Positions 54,831 to 64,000 of a DNA stretch of 64,000 nucleotides are shown in pieces. The position numbers were made by a program, and so were the translations under genes. This DNA comes from Octopus sinensis (lineage: Eukaryota): the NCBI RefSeq assembly GCF_006345805.1, contig NC_043015.1, positions 46,376,001-46,440,000 on the forward strand, written 5' to 3'. Position 1 is the stretch's first letter, and the number at the start of each line of letters is the position of its first letter. The notes under the pieces are model-generated. The model saw only the letters and a program-made list of their open reading frames with translations. It was not told where the DNA came from and did not search any database.

Positions 54831-55679
54831 ATAGGAAGAAACTTCACTAACATGTAAGCAATGATACAATTGCGTCGTCAGGATTTACTATTTGATCAAT
54901 GCTGGTTGCTTACCTTCTCAACACTTTTAACTCCCATCAGCCAAAACTACATCCTGTGATTCTTAGTCGAAAAATTCCATAAACATTCATTTATTGGCTT
55001 TCCAGCTGAATTCAGAGTTCACTGAGGTTTTAATTATATACAATAGTGATAAATCAACTCTTTTATAAAGGGGACGAAATCTTAGAATCTTCACTTTTAT
55101 CCAATTCCGAGCAAACCATAATATGTGTGTGTGGGGACATCTGATATATATATATATATATATCTTACGTTTCAATATAGGGTTATATTTGCTCTCCCAT
55201 AACTTGATTTAAATAACTATTTCAATAAACAAACACACACACTCTATAGCATCGTCATATAATTATGTATGTGTGACATTTATGTAGCATGCATGTATGT
55301 ATGCTTGTGTGTGTGTGTATGTGTGTGTGTGTGTATGTGTGTGTGTGTGTGTGACATAATACAACAAAATGTAATAAAGATAATATCACACTGGTTATTG
55401 CATTAACATCATTCTGATATATTTTTTTATATCAAATCCTTCTATTATAACTTTCTTGCTCTCCCACTTTCACTTCGCTTCCCTCTTTCCCGACCTTTCT
55501 TTCTCCCTCCTCCTTTCCATCTACATATTATCAACAGGTAATTATTTTCTGTATTGTATTCCTTATTAATATAAACAGATTATTACCTCAACATAACTAA
55601 GATTTCATCAAATGGCTCTTAATTAAGCATCAGACATTATAATGCTCTGATTAAAGTCACAACATGTTTATAGAACCAG

Positions 55680-56200
55680 AGGACAAGGGTTATTGCCTCA
55701 AGACTTTGACAGATCCTCCAGGACTGGTAAAATTGAGGCTGTTGATGTGCAGCATGGCTCTCTATAAGTCAATGGTTATAAAGTATGTAAAACATGGATA
55801 GCAGGGAGATAATTCTAAGGATGGGAGCCACAATACTGGGAGAAGAAGGATTACAGATAATGCTTTGTGAGGGAAAAGGCTCTAAAGCTTAGACACAATA
55901 GAAGTGATGGAACAAATAAGACTTGGGTGAATAGGGCATACAGATCAAGTTCAGAAGAGAAGAGATCATTCTAGAAAAGATAGAAGGGCTAGTATATCTA
56001 TGAAGTATTGGTTGAAGCCTGTTGATGACTGAATTGTTTTCAAATCAGCCAAATGGCTGTTTTCAGATTTACTTTTAGATATTGTTACATGAAATAGTAG
56101 CAGCATTCTATAGATGTGAGAAGTATTCTAATGTGAGTATTGAGCTTATGATGTACAGAAACTAAGGATTCTCCTTTGGCCAACTTCATGTTCACAGAAT
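55680..56200 (-). mobile_element. Highly decayed CR1/L2-like RT remnant
   Basis: Minus strand gives ...SITSIVSKL (cf. YRPISLTSxxSKLLE) in otherwise degraded sequence. Confidence 0.3.
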
Positions 56201-57880
56201 GTCAAATGAGGCATTTAAATGCTGTGGTATTTAAAATCAAACAGAAGCAACAAGATTACAGTTCCTTGTTTTGGTAGTCATCAAAGCTAGTAGGGCAAGT
56301 AGATTGGCAGAATCATAATAATATTGGACAAAATGTCTTGAAGAATTTAGTTATGGCTCTATTATTTTCTGTGTTCAAATCACACAGAGTTTCAACTTTG
56401 CCTTCCATGGTTCCTTGAGGGGTTTGTAAAACAGGTAACAATTGAGTTCTAGGACTTATATAATTGACTGTTAATTCCTCCTTCATAACCCCAAAAATTC
56501 AATATGGCTGATAACTTTTTAATGGGTCATGGATAATGGATAGTATTGGCAGTGGTCAGACCTGCAGATAGATGGGCTCTTTCAGGTCCATAAAAAGTAC
56601 TCAAGGCACACCTTGTGTCACAACAGAGCCCCTACAATTCTTCTGGTTTGCCAGCCCCTGTCAAACCATCCAACCCATGCCAGCATGGAAAGCAGATGTT
56701 AGATTATGATGATGTGTGTATGTATTATGTATGTATGTGTCTAGTTTGTTTTTATTTTTAAATTTTTCACCATTATTGAAAGAGCCAGTTTCTAACCCAG
56801 AAACAAGCCTCTTTCACTGGAAACTGAACAACATTAACCAAATTGTCACATATGTATTTACATATTTATGACTTATGAATGCATGTATGTGCATGTGGGA
56901 ATGCATGCACTTGTGTATGTATGCATTTATGTATGTATGTATGCGTATGTATGTATGCATTTATGTATATATGTATGTATGTATGAATGTATGTATGTAT
57001 GCATATGTATGTATGCATTTATGTATGTGTGTGTGTATATGTATGTATGCATGCATATGTATGTATGCATTTATGTATGTATGTGTGTGTGTATGTATGT
57101 ATGTTTGCATATGTATGTATGCATTTATGTATGTATGTATGTATGTATGCGTATGTATGTTTGTATGTATGTATGTATGAATGTATGACTCAATGTCGAA
57201 TGACTAAAATTTAGTGCACACAAATGAGTGGAGTAAACCAAAGTTAGATCAATGTTATACATTCAGCCTTTATAACACTGCAACCAGGAATTACTTAAGA
57301 GAACTTTAATGTACTAATTTTCTGAAGTTAGAGAATGAGAGAGGAAATTTTTCTTTGCAATGATTAATGATCTGTTGTTAAGCAAGCAATGAAATGCTAA
57401 CTCTATGTTTTACTAAATTCATTTGCTAATGCATTATTGTGTATATCCCTAATTGGTTGCAACAGAAATATATCAATTTCATAATATTTCTTACTTGAAA
57501 ACAGATATTATTTACACTATTTACATTGTTTACATTCAACGGATATTTGGTCCTCATCTTGTTAGGATATTTGTCCTCATCTTGTTTGGATATTTGTCCT
57601 CATCTTGTTTGGATATTTGACCTCATCTTGTATGGTTATTTGTCCTCCAGAGGCGGCTGAAGAAGGGGAATTTTCCTTGTGTTGTATGTCTTGTACTATA
57701 TTTTTTCGTTGTTTAAGAAAAATGTCCATTTCCTTGGTTTTGTGTTTATGTTTTCATTTCTCATTGAGTTCGACGTTTTTTTTGGTGTCCTGTACCCATA
57801 TATGCATGTATATATACTTATAGATGTAGGTACGTACATATATGTATGTATATATGCATATGTTTTATTTATTAATTTGT

Positions 57881-57933
<53 letters not shown>

Positions 57934-58349
57934 GTGAATGAGTGTATGCAAATGTATGAATATATCTACATATGTATGTATGCATGATAAAAGAATTGAG
58001 AAATTCCAATTATTGTATCGTTAGAAGTGTTTGTATTTATTTCTGTTTTTACTTCTTTCATAAATTGAAGAAAATTTATGGATATTTAAGTAAAAAGGTA
58101 ATACTTAGCAAGTTTGTAAAGCAAATAGTTAAGTTTCCGGCATAGGATTTTTTTTCCTTAGTGCTAATCTTAACAATATTGGCAAATGCTTAATTTATAA
58201 ATATACATATTGTTTCTAAACTTATCATGTGGACATGTATAAAAATTTCAAGTGCTGTTTAGTACTTTCAAACAGAACCAAACAGAACTAAAGAATATTA
58301 TAAAATAGTTCCTTGACATCTGTTTATTAAAGATAGAGTATGAAATTAA

Positions 58350-58478
58350 CTTTTAGCACACGATAGGTGCATCATGTCACCATACAAGGTTTTTCTCCTC
58401 TCAATGTAGCAAAATGCTCCTGCAGCTACAAGGGAGAAAACTCATATGGTGACATGGTGTGCCTAAGTGTGCTAAAGG
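58350..58478. mobile_element. Palindromic piggyBac-like MITE
   Basis: TTAA on both sides (58346-49, 58479-82). The arms cttttagcacac..taggtgcatcatgtcaccata..gttttctcc / ggagaaaac..tatggtgacatggtgtgccta.gtgtgctaaagg form an almost full-length hairpin. Confidence 0.7.
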
Positions 58479-59214
58479 TTAATTTCAGCTAAAGAATGAT
58501 GCTTCTCCTTTAATCACCTTTGATGACTGTAGTCTTATCCAAGAAAACACAGTCAACAGACAGGTAAAGGTTTGATGACCATTGGATGTTTTGACCCTGA
58601 ACTGTATCCCCCTGCCATAAGTGGGTCTGCAGTTGTGGCTAAATCACTGCTCATCATTTCCTCCTGACTTCCAGCTTAACTCCTCTCTCTTCTCTCTTGT
58701 TCCTTAACCAACAAGATGATCTGTCTGCCATATAGTATATCTAACTGTGCATAGAAATATAAAATTTAGGTAAATACTTATTTGTACACAAAGATTTATA
58801 TGGAGATATTTGCAAAATTTTGTGGTGATATTTGTGGAATTTAGTGGTTAGCAAAATCTGAGGTTCCATGGTGCCAAGTCTGCAACTTAGTTTTTATGAT
58901 TTGTTTTCTGGCTATTATTATTTTCCCATTTCTTCATCACTAATGCCATGGGAAAGGCATAAACATCACAACTTTAATCTTTACCCTCTAAAAGCTTGCT
59001 ATTCAGCTGCTAACAAATAACTTTCTTTATAAAATATCGTATTATAGATTTTCATTGTCACACATTACACTTGATAAGTAAAATATTGATTGATTGATTG
59101 GTTGGTTGTTCGATTGATTGATGTAGCTATATGTGAATACATTTTCAGTCATGATCTGTAGATCTTTGCTTGCAATATTATGTTTAAAGAGTATGAAAGT
59201 AAAAGATGTATGTA

Positions 59215-59722
59215 CTGTAAATCCTCGAGTATAATCCGCATTTTTTTCCAAAAATTTAATGGTTAAAATCCCTAGTGCATACTATATACGAGGTTAAAAA
59301 TGAAAATTATTTTCTAAGCAATGTCCGAGTCTCTATTTGCTGTCCGGCAATGTTTATTCAGGCGCATTTTGTGATGTCGGGCATGAAAATACCTTAAGCT
59401 AAGCCAGAAAGCAATGAAGTCATAAAAGAATCATTCATAACTTGCAGTAAGCAACTTTATTAAACGTTATTACTGTTATTTCTTTATTTTCTGCAAACAA
59501 AATGCACAAAAAAGCTACACATTTGCATTATGTTATTACAATAATAATAAAGGACATTACCGTATACATTTTTACAAACCAAGGACGTTATATAGACCTC
59601 CTTGACTGAAGTTAGAGAAGGGGTGAATATTATACACAAGGTTTAGGATTTTCAGAGGTACAGCCCCCTAAAAATCCCCTGCATATTATACTCAAGGGCA
59701 GACTATACTCGAGGATTTACGG
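59215..59722. mobile_element. Tc1/mariner superfamily (Tc2/pogo-like) MITE, complete
   Basis: TA|ctgtaaatcctcgagtataatc ... gactatactcgaggatttacgg|TA terminal inverted repeats. Confidence 0.85.
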
Positions 59723-59899
59723 TAAATAAAAATAGGACAATTTTCAACAATCCATCATTAATAACCTCCTATTAAAAACACACACACACACACACACACA
59801 GATGCTTCATGTCTATCATAAACCAAAATGTTATGGATCTTATAAAAAGCTCAGCTGATGTATTACTTAAAATAAATCACTATGAGATTCTTTATAGTG

Positions 59900-60460
59900 T
59901 TCTCTATGAAAATGTCTAAAATGCATTATCTTTTAGAAAAATTATTTTTATGTCAGAGATCCACAAACAGCCAGAGACCCAAAGGTTTCCTCAGGGGATG
60001 CAATGTGTGTCTAAAGAGCTTATTAAAAAAATAGTTCATTGAAAGAACACACATTTAACAGAAAATGATGTTTTAAAGCTTCTCATTTTTAGATACACCA
60101 TATTACAATGTTTGATTGTATATGATTTATCAAATAAATACTGGTGATTCTATTCATATATCACCATTCATACTGCTTGACAATATAAAATATTGGTGAA
60201 TATTTAGGAATATTTAAGTATCATTAAGATAGTTTAGCATTCATGAGTGTCGGAGTTTTAGTTACTAAAAGTTCTGTGAAATTTACGCAAAATAATTTTG
60301 AAAAGTGGGAGAATCCACAACAATAGCAAAACGGTGTTCCCTTCCAAGACCTTGCAGAACACCAATGTATGTAATCTACTATAGGGACGATCTACATGTT
60401 GTAGTGTGGATTTTCATGTATTTTACAAATAAAAGATATATAGTCTTCCTTTTTAGAAGT
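59900..60460 (-). mobile_element. Highly decayed Penelope-like RT remnant
   Basis: Broken minus-strand translation gives KIHENP...IVPIV (cf. PKIHK..PLRPIV) and a segment resembling the G.PMG.P motif. Many stops and indels. Confidence 0.35.
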
Positions 60461-62337
60461 ATTTCATAAATCAACACTTATAACAAGGAACTATAGAAAT
60501 ATAATTTATTTGATTTTTGCCTGTCCTGTGAAGCTCATATAAAACAAAGAAACATGTCCCTGTATATCACATGAGATACAAAGAAACATGTTTCTTTAGT
60601 GTCCATACATCATAAATGATATGCATTCCTGATTTTTTTTTTTTTTTTTTTTTTTATCAATTATGAGAGTATCTTGAGACTTATGAAAGGAAAGCTTTAT
60701 TATTACTCAGAACATATGAAACGAGGGCTAATTATAAGTCTAAAAAACAAATGTGGACGTTTAGGACAAACTTATGAAAATGCTTTGGGACTGGCAAAGG
60801 TTTTAAATAGGTTAACTGGAACTAAAGGCAAATAATTCAACAAATTTTCTCTTGATATTGTAAGGTTGCCTGGGGGCAGCAAGCTGGCAGAATCCTCAGT
60901 GTGCCAGGAAAAATGCTTAGCAGCATTTCGTCCATCTGTACATTCTGTGTTCAAATTCTGCCAGTGTTGGCTTTGCCTCTCATCCTTTTGGTGGGGTCAA
61001 TAAAATAAGTACCAGTTGAGCACTGGGGTCAATATAATCGACTAGTCCCCACCCCAACAAAAAAAAAATTCAGGCTTTGTGCCTATAGTAGAAAGGATAT
61101 TATATGATTGTCTAAGGCGGTGAACTGGCAGAATCATTAGCACACTGGGCAAAATGCTTAACAGCATATTATCTGTCTTAACGTTCTGAGTTCAAATTCT
61201 GCCAACGTCGACTTTGCCTTTCATCCTTTTCGGAGTTGATAAAACAAATACAACATGAAAACCGGGGTCGATGTAATCGTCTTAGCCCCTTCCCTGAAAT
61301 TACTGACCTTTTACTAAAATATGAACCTGATTTTACAAGATTGTCTTACAGAGATTCTAAGCTAAAAGTAAAAAAAAACGGAAACTGAAAGAAGCCCGTC
61401 GTATATATGTATATATATGCGTGTGTGCGTTTGTGTGTCTGTGTTTGTCCCCCTAGCATTGCTTGACAACCGATGCTGGTGTGTTCATGACCCCGTTACT
61501 TAGCGGTTCGGCAAAAGAGACCGATAGATTAAGTACTAGGCTTACAAAAAAGAATAAGTCCCGGGGTCGAGTTGCTCGATTAAAGGCGGTGCTCCAGCAT
61601 GGCCACAGTCAAATGACTGAAACAAGTAAAAGAGTAAAGAGTTATAGCTTATATGTTAGTGATACGTAAGAATAAAAGCAACTTGAGTTTAAATACTTGC
61701 CATTATCATAAAACAAAATTAAAAGCAATTGCCGTGATTTTTACTTTGCTCATTAGATTTTATGTTTTAATGAATTGTTTATTTTTTTTTTTCCTTCTCC
61801 TAATTGAAGTCAAAGCACAAATGGTATTTTGGTCAAAAATTATAAACAGAAAAAAAAAAAAAAACCCCACACAAAACATACAAAATATCATTATTTATGA
61901 TAAATATTGTCTGTGTATATATCCCATAATGTATACCATCATCATACAAAAGAGTGTATCATATATGTATTCATATTATATATATATATAAAAACTATAT
62001 AGATTAGCCACAAACATATATATATACACAGAAATATAAATACATACATACATATATATATGTGTGTATGTGCGCGTGTGTATGTGTGTATTAAATATAA
62101 AATTTACACACATACACACACACATATATATATATATATTATATAAATATATATATATATTATCTATATATATATATATCTATATATATGTATATATATT
62201 AATATATATATATATATATTATATTATTATATTATATATTATATAATATTATATATTATATATAATATAATATATATATATAATATTATATATATATATA
62301 TAGATATTTATATTATATATATATATTATATATATAT

Positions 62338-62385
<48 letters not shown>

Positions 62386-62460
62386 TTAATATATATATAA
62401 TATATATATATATTATATAATGTATATATTATATATATATATACATATATACATATAACA

Positions 62461-62493
<33 letters not shown>

Positions 62494-62500
62494 ATATATA

Positions 62501-62543
<43 letters not shown>

Positions 62544-62703
62544 ATATATATATAATATATATAAAATATTATATATATAGATATATATTATATAATGTAT
62601 TATATATATATATTATATATATATATATATAATACATATATATATAATATATACATATAATATATATATATATATACATATATATATAGATATATCTATA
62701 TAT

Positions 62704-62758
<55 letters not shown>

Positions 62759-63012
62759 ATATATAGTCTCTGTATATAATTCCCTGCATACCACTATATA
62801 TTGTATTTGTAAATAAGAGTTATCAAAAGAACTAAAACTTTACAGATTTATCTCCCTTTCCCTTTGCACTGTGGTCTGATCATTGATAGTGTTCTTTTTG
62901 TTTTATTTATTGATTTTTTTTTTTAAACTTGACATAAACATTCTCCCTTGAATTTCAGACAGGACCAAATAAAATGCTTAACTCTGAAGCCAATACAAAT
63001 ACTGCTAGAGGG

Positions 63013-63085
<73 letters not shown>

Positions 63086-63219
63086 TGAGTGAGAGACAGA
63101 CAGACAGACAGACAGAAAGACAGATGGACAGAGAGAAAATATCATATATGTATATACGTATAGGTGGATGTATATGTTAGTTTGTACATGAGCGTGCATG
63201 CAAATCTGGATAATTATGT

Positions 63220-63520
63220 ATGGATAGGTAGGTGGGTGGATGGTTTGATGGATCGGTGGTTGGATGGATGGATGAATGGGTGGGTAGATGGATGGATGGA
63301 TGGATCGGTGAGTGAATTGATGGATCGATGGTTGGACGGATGGATGAATGGGTGGGTGGATGGATGGATGGGTGGCTGGATGGGTGAATGGATGGATGGA
63401 TAGACGAATGAGTGGGTGAATGGATTGGTGGATGGATAGATCGGTGGGTGTATGAATGGATCAGTGGGTGGATGGATGATGGGTGGATGGGTGGATGATT
63501 GGTTGGATGGATGGATGTGT
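63220..63520. repeat. (GGAT)n-type microsatellite
   Basis: Seen directly in the sequence. Confidence 0.9.
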
Positions 63521-63677
63521 TTGTATCTATGCATGACTGTATAAATGCATGTCGGTATGTGTGAATGTATGTGTGTGTATGTATGTGTGCATGTGTGTCT
63601 GTGTCTGTATGTATATATGTGTGTGTGTATATATACAATATATATATATTGTATATGCTTGTATGAAAGAATCTACA

Positions 63678-63718
<41 letters not shown>

Positions 63719-63890
63719 TGTGCGTGTATAACAAGTCTTTCTGTTAAGACAACCTTTTCCCTGCAAATTCCACACTTCTGTAACGCACAATTAATTCAGT
63801 CATTATTGATTCAAAGATTTTGAATTTCAATACCTGCCCCACCTCTTGAACCCACATTATTTACGGTTGAAGCCAAAAGCAGTTCCTTTC

Positions 63891-63921
<31 letters not shown>

Positions 63922-64000
63922 AAAAACCTTGGCTGTAGACAGACGCGTTTGAATTATGTACTTTATATAGGACAGAACAAATATTTTCAAACTGGTATAT

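Noticed and set aside
58489-58563. 75-nt ttcag|...CAG|gtaaag candidate exon (LKNDASPLITFDDCSLIQENTVNRQ)
   Set aside because: No recognisable homology or partner exons, and it abuts a MITE. Such splice-like pairs arise by chance.

Overview
This is eukaryotic, AT-rich, microsatellite-saturated DNA. The SINE repertoire and repeat style point to a coleoid cephalopod (Octopus); this is an inference, not a database result. A 100-N scaffold gap lies at 38590-38689. Only one protein-coding gene is well supported: a + strand SLC16/monocarboxylate-transporter-like MFS gene with four phase-consistent GT-AG exons (41949-42282, 45866-46136, 48681-49062, 52761-53458). Its first exon was not found. Two weaker exon candidates lie on the - strand (~39190-39348 and 28341-28537). 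The rest is interspersed repeat: three tRNA-derived SINE groups with Nin/Deu-, CORE- and Meta-like domains; fragments of RTE, CR1, HERO and Penelope-like (Naiad) retroelements; mariner, Tc2/pogo-like, hAT and piggyBac-like DNA elements; and Helitrons. The most interesting signal is RNA structure. At least four unrelated type I hammerhead ribozyme motifs can be folded by eye (14826-14912+, 39576-39626-, 45545-45600+, 50542-50588+), each with a non-canonical core variant (U4C twice, a G3-C8 swap, C3U). Two lie sense within introns of the transporter gene. One is a Schistosoma-Sm-alpha-like motif inside a ~260-nt highly structured, retrozyme-like element. Most ORFs in the supplied track are microsatellite or SINE artefacts.
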